This document shows, piece after piece, positions 29,401-39,800 of a stretch of 64,000 bases of DNA (the stretch's first letter is position 1; every line of letters starts with the position of its first letter). Source of the DNA: an uncultured Rhabdochlamydiaceae bacterium. Lineage in GTDB: Bacteria; Chlamydiota; Chlamydiia; Chlamydiales; Rhabdochlamydiaceae. The translations under genes and the position numbers were made by a program. The stretch is from positions 672,001-736,000 of the forward strand of contig CAVQHD010000001.1 of NCBI GenBank assembly GCA_963712275.1. The letters run 5' to 3'. The notes under the pieces are model-generated. The model saw only the letters and a list, made by a program, of their open reading frames with translations, was not told where the DNA came from and did no database searches.

Positions 29401-30178
29401 GGGAGATTTTTTTTAACTCTTGTTCATTGATGTCTCTTTGCATCAAAAAAAAAGACCTCAAATTCAAAGAACGAGCAGGATTTGTCGATGGGATTTTTAG
29501 CTGATCTTGAATCGCTTGAAGCTCTTCATGGAGTTGGTAAATCTGTTCAATGGCCAAGTCTTCATTTTCAGGGGCTTCTTTATTGCTAAGGTCGGAGATG
29601 TGCTGTTCCAAAGCTTGGACTTGAGTATGGTAGTGCTTATATAATTGCGACTGGAGCGGACCTTGGAGCAGACTTAGGGGTATCTTGGCGTTAAGTGCAA
29701 GTGTGCGCTTAATTTTTTCGACTTCGACAAAGGTAGAGTTTAAACATTGAACAAGATTGCCTGCTCGAGTAAGAGGATCGAGAGGTAGTTCTTTGAGCTC
29801 CGGGGAGGATTTATTTGCTGCAGGAGATTGCCCAGCAAGGGTTGAGAAACGAGTAAAAAATTCTCCTAGTGTGAGGGAGTGCTGATGAATTTGGTCGCAA
29901 GTTCCTCCTTGGCCCTTGGCTATGAAAGTGTTGGCATATTCATTGAGATCTTTTTGATGCTCTTTTCCGATTTCAACAATTGTTTGCTGAATACACTTGG
30001 AATCGTACAGGTAGTAGCAGATCCAGCTGACGACGTGACCTGCCAAAGGGATCTTTGTGTACCAGCATAGAGCAAGTACCTTGCGCTGGTTATCCACAAT
30101 TTGAACGGTTAAATCGGTTAAATACGACGCCTTGATTAAAGCCTCGTAATTTTGCCTTAAGAAATCAGTTTTGTTCAT
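26408..30178 (-). CDS. Large helical hypothetical protein with two F-box-like motifs (candidate effector)
   Basis: 1256-aa ORF containing FSTLSEETQQSIFQDLSNDDL and LPNLPPETFNRIFSYV...VSKTW, each followed by a similar helical block. Confidence 0.7.
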   Translation of the reverse strand: MNKTDFLRQNYEALIKASYLTDLTVQIVDNQRKVLALCWYTKIPLAGHVVSWICYYLYDSKCIQQTIVEIGKEHQKDLNEYANTFIAKGQGGTCDQIHQHSLTLGEFFTRFSTLAGQSPAANKSSPELKELPLDPLTRAGNLVQCLNSTFVEVEKIKRTLALNAKIPLSLLQGPLQSQLYKHYHTQVQALEQHISDLSNKEAPENEDLAIEQIYQLHEELQAIQDQLKIPSTNPARSLNLRSFFLMQRDINEQELKKISRFCKLISRLNPNQSALQSLYDQLHPIAEEHRKKLNQKVIRFATQSTWDEEVEEEKISKIKAYYQTVENFAAQTHQIGTLSKSPKRINRAILDLKNNFVETALKTAALTLKKISNDRSDLEQVARLDRLLQILSPPLGSDSKKIAHRIQHLAQKYNALKAAERLNQLTAAQLKDRVVELCCKHEKQTELDKFLTAKKTQKKIQSLQEPINSFSEFYPYLMSHLQACLQKVQNNSNFSTLSEETQQSIFQDLSNDDLFKFAKKYPEAEKSVEKALARCTPKAFSSLIDDLLRQIIACSDASQIHSQAVCDKLNQMKTEALTQAPPQNLTEALDYLKKQQEALIHTLSIADVSILNSIELHCTSSYIGNPKIWMKKKSMEDDCHCEVHHALGIAATLSRYYQFMKSHEKDLSPTDKDVMEIFNTLLARDLIKAANLLLRMPRRDEREAKAVKSALLKIRDQTTKTGEKPFARLPNYPQRQQFLTLASRLFQESPLAELAEELDLKSFQGKSWEEIRVQFANQSIALTEKPELANHPETLQLRDAAGWIIRSDYFQKEKPLLVLCCQKFYKQLVSGLPNLPPETFNRIFSYVPAGYDQTVSKTWVTYAEDSIAHQVPSRFFQLVDLLIKQLRDPLAIQALQALEKKTPPQTTAEARAYLKDQLQQTVHALSKAPRKELEKINVGPFTTYFILFGIHPSDQNTPCAVKKLVEKSSFWSFYHYEVLLMKKFKMNAFTKDAFRCLAEENSEKAIDIIIRAPNEKNLEKKQIGKFVSWLADLSQKNSSRYDEDLFSILPPSAKKDLFLDIAARTCVKIYGEEYATFSIEAILKMVDGIVNSAIQETTLVKIAALTLTTADLLQPLFTQICQRMEKYGASGKTRLFSALALEAIRLLEATRLIGYPERSAISFALEIPDLTIRVDVLKKCLSMKELWNASSLKEVLVALEHIPNKALFAEQIVDLIDKNLSKLEHPEALLPYIEDEKLKQVAKTLIEVKRRPSLSI

Positions 30179-30292
30179 TACTGATGTTTATGACGATCCC
30201 GTCGGCGCCGTTTTTTGCGCTTATGTTTCGCCATTTTATATTTTCTTTTTTTCTTAACTGATGACATATAACTTTATATCCATTTTTAAATT

Positions 30293-31858
30293 TTATATTG
30301 CAGGCTCTGTTTTTTGCTCAGAAGCAGCGGGCTGTAGAACGTTCACTTTTTCTTCATGAGCAACGAGGGATTGGAACTGTTTCCCCAGATAGGAGACAGC
30401 GACCATCCACGCCGCAATAACGATGAGCAAAATGAAGGCAACGTAGGGAAGAGTTGCAGAGACGGTTCCAACAAACACTAAGAGGGCTTGGTAAATGAGG
30501 GCGCTTCCTGACTTCCCGAGTCTGGATCCAATGCCATCAATCGCTGTTTTCCCTTTCAGCTTGGATTCTTTGCTCAAAGGGACAAAGGCGAGCTCTTTTG
30601 TAGCGTCAAAGATGGTGTATTTTGAAGCTCTGGAGATCGTTTGCTGCATCGATCCAAAGAGAATGCCGATGAGATGAGGCGCGGTTCCAAAAAAGGCGGC
30701 GATGGCAATTCCCATGGAAGTATCTTTCATGAGAAGGAAAGAGAAAAATCCAACGCCTGTTACGAGGAGTAAAAAGGGTGGTATCATGGCGTGGAGCGTC
30801 CAAGAAAATCGCCTGATTGTCATGCTTGTGATGATAGCAAAAATTGTGGAGACAATGCCGACCCACATGGTTACTTTTCCACTATAGGCATTAAAGTCAT
30901 TGGTTTGAGGGCATAGATGGAGGAGTTGATCTTTCCAGGTGACTTCGGTCAAATTAATACAAATATTATAAGTCAGCACAATGGTTGCAATACAAAGAAG
31001 ATATTTAGAACTTGCTAAATACTGAAAATTTTTCCGCAGGCTCATTTTGACGGGAGATTCAGAGGTATCGACTGCTAAACACTGTTTGTAGTTGGGATTT
31101 TGAATAATGTTTTTGTGAAGCCAACGGAAAATTCCCATGACAATGAGGCCGCTCAAAATGACAATCGAAGTCAAAAATATCAAAGAATACTGCCAAGGGT
31201 CGGTGCCAGTTCCAATGGTCCATTTTCCAGCAAGGGAGGAGACAAAGGTAGCAACACTGCCTGCACAAATCGCAGAAATATTTCCGCCAAATAAAATCAA
31301 AATATAAAACCGTTTAGCAGTTTTAACATCTAAAATTTCATTGGCAAATCCCCAAAATAAAAGAGTCATGATGGTGGTACTCCAGAGCTCTGCCATGACA
31401 TAGAAAGCGGTATAGGTCCAATTTCGAAAGATGGCGACAAGCCCTTTCAAACCAAGGGGAAGAAGACTTTCCAGCTTATCGGCAAATTGGTGGGGATGGA
31501 GAACATCTCGTAATGGATAAACAACAAATGCAAACAAGATGAAAAACCCAAGAAAAATGGACATGATGGTGTAAAAAACTTTTTCAGTTTTATACTTATT
31601 TGCAAGACGCGTAAAGAGAAGGGTCATCAGCAGGGCCATTGGTAAAATCACCCACACCTTCATAAAAGGGAGAATTTCGGCTCCTGAAGAGGGAGCTGTG
31701 ATGACGAGGGCATCTTTGGCGGGACGAAGAATATTATAATTAAAACAGATGAAAAAATAGATCAGCTGAAGTGGAAGAAATAATTTCAGCTCACTCTTAT
31801 GGACAGGACAAAACCAGGAGCGAAAACGACCAAATTCCTGGGTAGTGTCAGTGGCCAT
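30293..31858 (-). CDS. NTT/TLC family nucleotide transporter
   Basis: FNYNILR..KD, FYVMAELW, FWGFANE and KGKTAIDGIGSRLGKSG motifs. Confidence 0.95.
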   Translation of the reverse strand: MATDTTQEFGRFRSWFCPVHKSELKLFLPLQLIYFFICFNYNILRPAKDALVITAPSSGAEILPFMKVWVILPMALLMTLLFTRLANKYKTEKVFYTIMSIFLGFFILFAFVVYPLRDVLHPHQFADKLESLLPLGLKGLVAIFRNWTYTAFYVMAELWSTTIMTLLFWGFANEILDVKTAKRFYILILFGGNISAICAGSVATFVSSLAGKWTIGTGTDPWQYSLIFLTSIVILSGLIVMGIFRWLHKNIIQNPNYKQCLAVDTSESPVKMSLRKNFQYLASSKYLLCIATIVLTYNICINLTEVTWKDQLLHLCPQTNDFNAYSGKVTMWVGIVSTIFAIITSMTIRRFSWTLHAMIPPFLLLVTGVGFFSFLLMKDTSMGIAIAAFFGTAPHLIGILFGSMQQTISRASKYTIFDATKELAFVPLSKESKLKGKTAIDGIGSRLGKSGSALIYQALLVFVGTVSATLPYVAFILLIVIAAWMVAVSYLGKQFQSLVAHEEKVNVLQPAASEQKTEPAI

Positions 31859-31897
31859 ACTATAATTGCGTTCCTCCGAGTGAACGGAATGTGAAAC

Positions 31898-31925
31898 ATT
31901 ATACCTAATTCGGCTTATTTGACAA
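31898..31925 (-). promoter_or_regulatory. Putative sigma66 promoter of the NTT gene
   Basis: On the minus strand: TTGTCA, 16 bp spacer, TATAAT, about 40 bp upstream of the ATG. Confidence 0.45.
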
Positions 31926-32062
31926 GGAAAGTTAAATGTAATTAAATTTTTTTATTAACTTTGGTGTATCAGTGATTTAAACTTTTTGCTTTGCGCTTCT
32001 TGCGCCAGAGGCAGCCTTCGGTCTTTTCTTTCGTACCGTTCCCTTGCCCGATCTTTTTTCCT

Positions 32063-33499
32063 CTACTTAGGGGAGAAAGCTGAGAAGGCTTCGTCATTCT
32101 CAGGGGCTCCCGCAGCTCCTCTTGAAGAAAAGTTGGCAAATTGGGCGATTTCTTTTCGGAAGGCAAATTGAACGTCTCCAACTGCGCCATGCCGGTTTTT
32201 AGCAATAATTAATTTTGCTGTGCCGGGCTTATCGTAGGGGTCATAGTACTCTTGGCGAAGAAGGAACATCACAAGGTCGGAGTCTTGTTCGATGGCGCCG
32301 CTTTCACGTAAGTCGCTCATCATCGGGCGGTGTCCTGCTCGTTCCTCAACCTTACGGGAGAGCTGGGAGAGGCAAAGGATGGGGATGTTGAGCTCTCGGG
32401 CAAGGGTTTTAAGGAGGCGGGAGATCTCTGAAATTTCAATTTGCCGACTTTCCTGACTTCTGGAGGTTCCTGATCCAGACAGAAGCTGAAGATAGTCAAT
32501 CACCAGGAACTGAACCCCGTGCGCCTCTTTCATGCGACGAGCCCGAGCGCGAAGGTCGGTGATTTTAAGCCCAGGAGAGTCATCAATAATCATCGTCTGT
32601 TTTTGGATCTGTCCAGCTGCAGAGACGATGCGTTGAAATTCCATTCCGTTTAAAGAGCCTGTGCGGATTTTATCCGATTCAACTTCGGCTTGAGAGCAGA
32701 TGATGCGATGCAGCAGTTGCTCTGCGGTCATCTCTAGCGAAAAAATGCCGACGGGAAGCCGATTTTTGAAACAGACATTTTCGGCGATGTTAAGGGCTAA
32801 AGCTGTTTTCCCCATGGCGGGGCGAGCTGCGAGGATCATTAAATTCGAGGGGGAAAGCCCATTGATGAGTTTATCCAGATCGTGAAAATGGGTTGGAATG
32901 CCTGTTGTCGCGGTCTCTTCGGGCCCTTTTGCTTGAAACAGCTCTTGACGGTCTTGGAGCTCTTTAAGGTAGGGAAGTTTGGAGAGAGTCTTAGATCCCG
33001 AGATGAGGTCCCGAATTTGAATTCCTCCCGAGGTGTTTGCCGCCTGGCTGATTTGGAAGAATTTTTGCTGGGCGATATCGAGTGTTGAGGAGACATCGTT
33101 AGGATCATCAAAGGCGAGCTTTTCGACATCTTGCGCTGATTGAATCATACGGCGGAGCAGGGATTTGCTTCGAACGAGCTCTGTGTACTCTTCAATATGG
33201 GCAGCAGTGCCGGCATATTGAGCGAGCGAGGCCAGGTAGGCGACGCCGCCGATGGCTTTGAGTTGTTCCCGCCGTTTCAGCTCTTCTGCCACAAGGTGGA
33301 CATCGGCAGGTTTGTCTTGGAGGAAGCAGTTTTTAAGAACTTCGAAAATGAGCCGGTGCTCTGAATAGTAAAAATCACTCTCTTCAAGAAGATCTGCGGC
33401 AATATTTAAGCTGCCAATTGCAGTCAGCATACAGCCGAGCACAATCATTTCAGATTCTTTAGAATTGGGGGGGACTTTTGGAGATAAATGTTCAGCCAT
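32063..33499 (-). CDS. dnaB: Replicative DNA helicase
   Basis: AARPAMGKT, FSLEM, IDYLQL, SDLRESGAIEQD and AKNRHG motifs. Confidence 0.98.
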   Translation of the reverse strand: MAEHLSPKVPPNSKESEMIVLGCMLTAIGSLNIAADLLEESDFYYSEHRLIFEVLKNCFLQDKPADVHLVAEELKRREQLKAIGGVAYLASLAQYAGTAAHIEEYTELVRSKSLLRRMIQSAQDVEKLAFDDPNDVSSTLDIAQQKFFQISQAANTSGGIQIRDLISGSKTLSKLPYLKELQDRQELFQAKGPEETATTGIPTHFHDLDKLINGLSPSNLMILAARPAMGKTALALNIAENVCFKNRLPVGIFSLEMTAEQLLHRIICSQAEVESDKIRTGSLNGMEFQRIVSAAGQIQKQTMIIDDSPGLKITDLRARARRMKEAHGVQFLVIDYLQLLSGSGTSRSQESRQIEISEISRLLKTLARELNIPILCLSQLSRKVEERAGHRPMMSDLRESGAIEQDSDLVMFLLRQEYYDPYDKPGTAKLIIAKNRHGAVGDVQFAFRKEIAQFANFSSRGAAGAPENDEAFSAFSPK

Positions 33500-36400
33500 T
33501 AATAATTCCAGATAAATGAGAGGTTACAGCTATTGTAATCTGTTTTCTTGCTATATTCTCCTTCGTAAGAGAGAGAAATATTCAGCGCATTGCTAAAAAA
33601 GGATCCCATGAGTGTAGCGCCTGGGGCGATTAAATTACGAGTGGGATAAATTCCCGAGACTGTGAATTGATTGGGCACATCGATGAGTCTTGCGGTGAGA
33701 TGTTTACCCTTAAAGCGCGCCTCATTCACCCAGCTTAATTTGATGCTAGGGACAATATAATTTTTCCCTGCTGGAATGCAATATCTGCCCCCAATACCGA
33801 CCTCGCTTCGAAGCATCGTTGCACTTGACTCATCCATGACGAGATCTAAGCTTTGAGCGCCGTGCTCTCGATAGCGAGCTTGGTGGATATATATGTAGTC
33901 CAATTGACCGAAGGGATAGAATTGGAAATTTTCCCCTTTAGGTACCATGAATCCTAGGTCAATGTGGCCTGTGATACTATCTCCGTGATGGGTCGCCTTC
34001 GCATGCCGATCAATGGCTGCAAATGAAATTTTTCTAGAGTTATGGTACCGGTTGTAAGCGGCAATCACAGATAGATTCATATAGAATAGGTTGCCCAGCC
34101 AGCTGCCATAGGCTCCCCCATAATAGCTATTGATGCGTCCGTTTGCCAGCGACTCACTCCAGTCAATGTCGCTGTAGGTATAGGCACCTAAGATTCCAAC
34201 GTAAAGGTGTTTGAGGAAAACGCAATCGATTCCAGCGGCTCCTACGATACTATCGCTATGAAAGCCGACCTGATCATTTTGATGTTCTTGAAAGAAAAAT
34301 CCACCGCTCACATCTCCCCAAATACTCCACGGACGCTCCCGATCTTGAGAAGCGCACGTCATCTCGTGAAGGGTATTGGTTCTTTTTCTAAGCGTAGAGG
34401 AGATAAGAACAAAATTATTTTGTTGAGAGAGGGAAAGCCCTGTGAGAAGCGAGGGCTGCATTTCATTAAAGGCTGGATTGAGTTGCGTAGGGTCCAACGA
34501 ATAGAGCTGTTGAAAAACAAAGAAAAGATCGGTTCCTGGCACTGGACGAACCCCAGTCAAACTCTGAGCAATTTGATGGGCATTGCCTGTGGTAAATTCA
34601 GCAAAAGATCCTACACCCAGAAGTAAATCGATATGCGTGGGAAAATAGAGAATAGTATGATGAGCCAATGGAAAGCTAATTATCAAGTTGCTGAATGTTC
34701 CTGTTACACTTCCGCCATTGACAATCGTAAATTGAGAACCGTCCACATAAGATTCGCTCGGAGTGGGGAAAAGCTCCAAGGTGGCTCCTGGAAGGATAGT
34801 TACATTGCTGCTCACGTTAAGAAGGTCTGCTGTAGAAGGGGTTAGCTCTATTTGCAAAACAGAGCCGGAGTTAAACGTAATATCCCCAATCACATTTAGC
34901 ACCCCAATAGAATTACCAGGGGTAATTGTTCCAGTATTCGATACATTCCCTATAATTGTTCCATTCCCCTGCAAAAATGCATTTGCAAAAATAGAGACAT
35001 CTCCTGTGATTGTTCCATTCATCTGTGAAATTGCATTTGCAAGAACGGAGACATTTCCTGTAATTGTTCCAGTCACCTGTAAAATTGCATTTGCAAGAAC
35101 GGAGACATCCGATGTGATCGAACCATTGACTGCCAAGATTCCTTGGGCAACAGTTGTTGCTCCCACATAGGAATTTGATCCGGTTAAATTCAGTGTTCCC
35201 GCTCCTTGTTTTGTGAATCCTCCAGGGCCTGTCATTCCGCTAGTCCAAGTGGTCGTTAAGCCTGTATCTACTGCAATGCTTCCCCCTGCAGTTAATGAGG
35301 TCGCTCGGCTCATAGAAAAACTATTCATAGTGATTTCTAGTGTTCCGTCTCCAAGCGTCACAGATCCACTCGCATCTCCTAGGTTCCCATTGTTTGCGAT
35401 TTTCAAAGTCCCTTGGTTGATTGTTGTTCCGCCTGTGTAAGTATGTGCTCCTGCCATCATAGAAAAATCAAGAATGCCTGCTCCTGATTTGATGAGCCCG
35501 CCACCGCTTCCTCCGCCTGCGCCTTGATCGCTTTCTATTGGGGTTAGAAAGACAAGAGGTCCTACAGAAATATTAAACTCAAGGGTGCCTCCCGACATAA
35601 GAAAGATATCTTGACCAAAGCCCATTCCACTTTGTGCACTCGTCCCTCCTAATCCTCCTGTTGCTGAATTGCCAGAAAAAGCAGGGTCCATTAACAATAA
35701 ATAAGAGGTTTGATAAACAAAAATCGCTCCGCCTAAGCCACCACCACCTCCTCCTCCTACATTCGATGAGGAGCCGCCCGCGAATCCCGGTAGACTAACA
35801 AGACCAGGCCCCCCTCCTCCTGCGCCGCCTCCGAAGCCACCTGAGGGATAAGTTACCCCCGACCGGCCGACTGCAATACCGCCGCCGCCGCCGCCAAATC
35901 CCCCCATGCCAAAGCAGGCAGGATTGCTTGTGGCAAACTCATCAAATACACCGCCACCGCCGCCGCCAAATCCTCCATTAGACGAGCATGCTCCCAGATA
36001 AGGTGCAGAAAACGAACCTCCTCCTCCCCCTCCTCCATTTCCACCATTCCCTCCAGGACAACCGGTCGTTGACCCACCGCCTCCACCTCCGGGCCCTCCA
36101 TTAGCACCAGGGCATCCAGCGGCCCCTCCGTTCGGCGGGCCTCCATTCGGTATCCCTGGGGTATCATCTCCATTTCCACCGAATCCTCCTCCCCCGGCAG
36201 CTCCGGCCTCAAACGAGAGAGCCCTTCCTCCATTACCTTGTAGTCCACCGCCGCCGCCCAATCCACTTATTATAGAGGGTGCGCTTGTACCGGTACCGCT
36301 TCCTCCGCCTCCAAAAATACCCCCTCCTCCACCGGCCCCTGCATTTAAACTTGATATTGGGCCGCTTCCGCCAGGTCCACCGACTGCACGATTAGAAGTG

Positions 36401-36876
36401 AAAGTCATGTTGTGAAGAGTCATTGTCGAGTCTGGAGGTACAAATACAGCGCCTCCTAACCCAGCGCCACCACCACCTCCAGCTCCTTGAGCAAGGCTAG
36501 GGATTACAGCCCCTCCAGAGCCTCCTGTAACATTACCGTTTTGGATAGTGATATTGCTGATAGTGATCGAGGTTAGAGTTGTATCAGGACTGTAAAAGAA
36601 AAAAGCACGATGACCGGAGGCATTAAGAACTTGGGGTTCTGCAAGGCCGACGATGGTGGCCTGATTGGTGATAATAGGCAAAGAGCTGGCAAGTGTAATG
36701 GTTCCTAAGCCAGCATTGATATTAATGTCATTTGATCCTCCTACAGTATTTGAGTCGAGGATGGCTTGGCGGAGTGAACCGGCCCCTGAATCATTATTAT
36801 TGGTTACTATGTATGTGTTGCTAAACAATGAAAAGGGAATCAAAGAAGAGAGAAGCAAAGTTAATGTTTTCGACAC
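33499..36876 (-). CDS. Autotransporter with a Gly-rich passenger domain
   Basis: Signal peptide, DSGAGSLRQAI motif, long poly-Gly region, K.GAG.L....TY.G.T passenger repeats, and a C-terminal beta-barrel ending FIWNY. Confidence 0.9.
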   Translation of the reverse strand: MSKTLTLLLSSLIPFSLFSNTYIVTNNNDSGAGSLRQAILDSNTVGGSNDININAGLGTITLASSLPIITNQATIVGLAEPQVLNASGHRAFFFYSPDTTLTSITISNITIQNGNVTGGSGGAVIPSLAQGAGGGGGAGLGGAVFVPPDSTMTLHNMTFTSNRAVGGPGGSGPISSLNAGAGGGGGIFGGGGSGTGTSAPSIISGLGGGGGLQGNGGRALSFEAGAAGGGGFGGNGDDTPGIPNGGPPNGGAAGCPGANGGPGGGGGGSTTGCPGGNGGNGGGGGGGSFSAPYLGACSSNGGFGGGGGGVFDEFATSNPACFGMGGFGGGGGGIAVGRSGVTYPSGGFGGGAGGGGPGLVSLPGFAGGSSSNVGGGGGGGLGGAIFVYQTSYLLLMDPAFSGNSATGGLGGTSAQSGMGFGQDIFLMSGGTLEFNISVGPLVFLTPIESDQGAGGGSGGGLIKSGAGILDFSMMAGAHTYTGGTTINQGTLKIANNGNLGDASGSVTLGDGTLEITMNSFSMSRATSLTAGGSIAVDTGLTTTWTSGMTGPGGFTKQGAGTLNLTGSNSYVGATTVAQGILAVNGSITSDVSVLANAILQVTGTITGNVSVLANAISQMNGTITGDVSIFANAFLQGNGTIIGNVSNTGTITPGNSIGVLNVIGDITFNSGSVLQIELTPSTADLLNVSSNVTILPGATLELFPTPSESYVDGSQFTIVNGGSVTGTFSNLIISFPLAHHTILYFPTHIDLLLGVGSFAEFTTGNAHQIAQSLTGVRPVPGTDLFFVFQQLYSLDPTQLNPAFNEMQPSLLTGLSLSQQNNFVLISSTLRKRTNTLHEMTCASQDRERPWSIWGDVSGGFFFQEHQNDQVGFHSDSIVGAAGIDCVFLKHLYVGILGAYTYSDIDWSESLANGRINSYYGGAYGSWLGNLFYMNLSVIAAYNRYHNSRKISFAAIDRHAKATHHGDSITGHIDLGFMVPKGENFQFYPFGQLDYIYIHQARYREHGAQSLDLVMDESSATMLRSEVGIGGRYCIPAGKNYIVPSIKLSWVNEARFKGKHLTARLIDVPNQFTVSGIYPTRNLIAPGATLMGSFFSNALNISLSYEGEYSKKTDYNSCNLSFIWNY

Positions 36877-36889
36877 ATGATTTCCTTAA

Positions 36890-39800
36890 TTAATAATTCC
36901 AGATAAATGAGAGGTTAACGGTATTATAATCTGTTTTCTTGCTATATTCCCCTTCGTAAGAGAGGGAGATATTCAAGGCGTCATTCAAAAACGATCCCAT
37001 AAGTGTGGCGCCTGGGGCGATTAAATTACGAGTGGGATAAATCCCCGAGACTGTGAATTGATTGGGCACATCGATGAGTCTTGCGGTGAGATGTTTACCC
37101 TTAAAGCGCGCCTCATTCACCCAGCTTAATTTAACACTAGGGACGACATAGTTTTTTCCTGCTGGAATGCAATATCTGCCCCCGATACCGACCTCGCTTC
37201 GAAGCATCGTTGCACTTGACTCATCCATGACGAGATCCAAGCTTTGAGCGCCGTACTCTCGATAGCGAGCTTGGTGGGTATACATGTAGTCCAATTGACC
37301 GAAGGGATAGAATTGGAAATTTTCTCCTTTAGGCACCATGAACCCTAGGTCAACGTGGCCTGTGATACTATCTCCGTGATGGTTTGCCTTCGCATGCCGG
37401 TCAATAGCTGCAAATGAAATTTTTCTAGAGTTGTGGTACTTGTTGTAAGCACCAATAATGGATAGATTCACATAGAATAGGTTATTCAGCCAGCTGGTAT
37501 AAGCACCCCCATAATAGCTATTGATATGTCCATCTGCTAGCGACTTGCTCCAGTCGATATCGGTATAGGTATAGGCACCCAGCACTCCAACATAGAGATG
37601 CTTGAGAAAAACGCAATCTATTCCGAGAGCTCCCACAATATTATCGCTGTGAAAACCGACCTGATCATCTTGATGCTCTTGATGGAAAAATCCGCCACTC
37701 ACATCTCCCCAAATACTCCATGGATGCTCTCGCTTTTGAGCAGCGCAGGTCATCTCGTGAAGGGTATTGGTTCTTTTTCTTAATGCTGCGCTGACAAGGA
37801 CAAAATTATTTTGCTGGTTGATGGAAAGTCCTGTGAGAAGCGAGGGTTGCATTTCATTAAAGGCTTGATTGAGCTGCGCAGCGTCCAGCGAAAAAAGCTG
37901 CTGAAAAACAAAGAAAAGATCGGTTCCTAGCGCTGGATTGATGCCGATCAAGCTTTTAGCGATTTGAAAGGCATTGCCTGTTACAAAGTCTGCAAAATGG
38001 TTCACGTTAAGCGCTAAATCAATATGGGTGGGAAAATAGAGAACGGTGGGATGAAGCAAGAGAAAGCTATTCGTCACGCTGCTGAATGTTCCTGTTACAC
38101 TGCTGCCATTGACAATCGTAAATTGAGAGCCATCTCCATAAGATCCGCTCGGAGTGGGGAAAAGTTCTAAGGTGGCTCCTGGAAGGATGGTGACATTGCC
38201 GGTGACATTAAGGAGATCTGTGCTAGAGGGATCAAACTCTATTTGCAAAGAGGAGCCGGCGTTAAACATCGTATTACCAACGATCGTGATGGTCCCGATA
38301 GAATTGCCTGGAGCAATCGTTCCACTATTCGTTACATTTCCTGTAATGGTTCCAATTCCCTGCAAAAGGGCATTTGCAAGAATGGAAATATTCGATGTGA
38401 TCGAACCATTGACTGCCAAGGCTCCTTGGGCAACCGTTGTCGTTCCCGTATAGGTATTGGATCCAGTTAGAGTGAATGTCCCTGTACCGGTTTTTGTTAA
38501 CCCTCCAGTTCCTTGGATCATGCCTTGAAAGGTTAAAGAGTTATTATCAGAGCCTAAGGTGAGTGTGCCACTTCCCAAGGTCACTAAGCCAGGTCCAATT
38601 AAGTTAGCGATCGATTGGTTAAAATTGTTGAGGTCTAAAGTCCCATTGATTGCAACCAGAGAATATGGAGAAAAAGCATTGGTAGCTCCAGCCTGGAATG
38701 TTCCAGCAGCAACAATTGTGATTCCGGAGTACACATTATCAAGTCCGCTTAAGGTGAAGATTCCTGTCCCGACCTTTATCAGCCCTCCAGTTCCACTTAT
38801 ACTCCCTGAAAAGGCAGAGGGATTGTTATCGCTTCCGAAGATTAAGGTCCCAGCTCCCAAAAGGACCATTCCAGATCCATTTAGATTCGCGATGGATTGA
38901 TTCAAACCATTGAGACTAAGAGCAGCATTGACCGTCATCGCAGAATTGGGAGAAAAGGCGTTCACCGCTCCAGCTTGCAGGGTTCCGCCAGAAACAATCG
39001 TTGTTCCTGAATAGGTACTCGTTCCAGCTAGAGTAAACGTTCCTGTTCCGTCTTTTGTTAACCCTCCAGTTGTTCCTTGGATCATCCCTTGAAATGTCGA
39101 GGGGTTGTTGTTATTACTTATTGTGAGTGTACCGGCTTCCAAAGTCACCGTGCCAGCTCCAGATAAACCGGCGATCGTTTGATCAAGACCATTGAGATCT
39201 AAAGTCGCATTGACTGTGAACGCAGAATTAGGGGAAAAGGAGTTGGCCGCTCCGGCTTGCAAGGTTCCGCCAGAAACGGTTGTTGTTCCACTGTACGTAC
39301 CACTGCCGCTTAAAGTGAAGACCCCTGTGCCGACCTTGGTCAATGACCCTGTGGTTCCGCTAATCATTCCTGAAAAAATGGACGAGGTATTGCCACTTCC
39401 CGTGGTTAAAGTTGCAGATCCCAAGAGAACGCTTCCAGATCCCGATAATTGAGTAATCGATTGATTAAAGCTGTTCAAATCGAGGGTGGAGCTGACTATA
39501 AAACCTGTAGATTGAGAGGAAAATGTATTTATAGTATTTGCTCTAAGAATTCCCGATGAAACAGTGGTTGTTCCTAAATAGGAATTCGGTCCACTTAAAA
39601 TCAGCGTTCCCGGTCCGTCTTTTGTCAAAGAACCTATGCTCGTGATTCCACCAGCCCAAGTTGTCGTAACTAGTACATCAGTTGTAATGGTTGCATTTCC
39701 CGTGAGCGTGGTTGTTCTGCTGATGGTAAAACTATTCGTAGCGATTTCTAGCGTTCCATTTCCTAAAGTCACAGATCCACTCGAGGCCCCTAGATTGCTA

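Noticed and set aside
31969..32205. 78-aa basic ORF downstream of dnaB
   Set aside because: It mostly overlaps dnaB in another frame and has no recognisable family or independent start.
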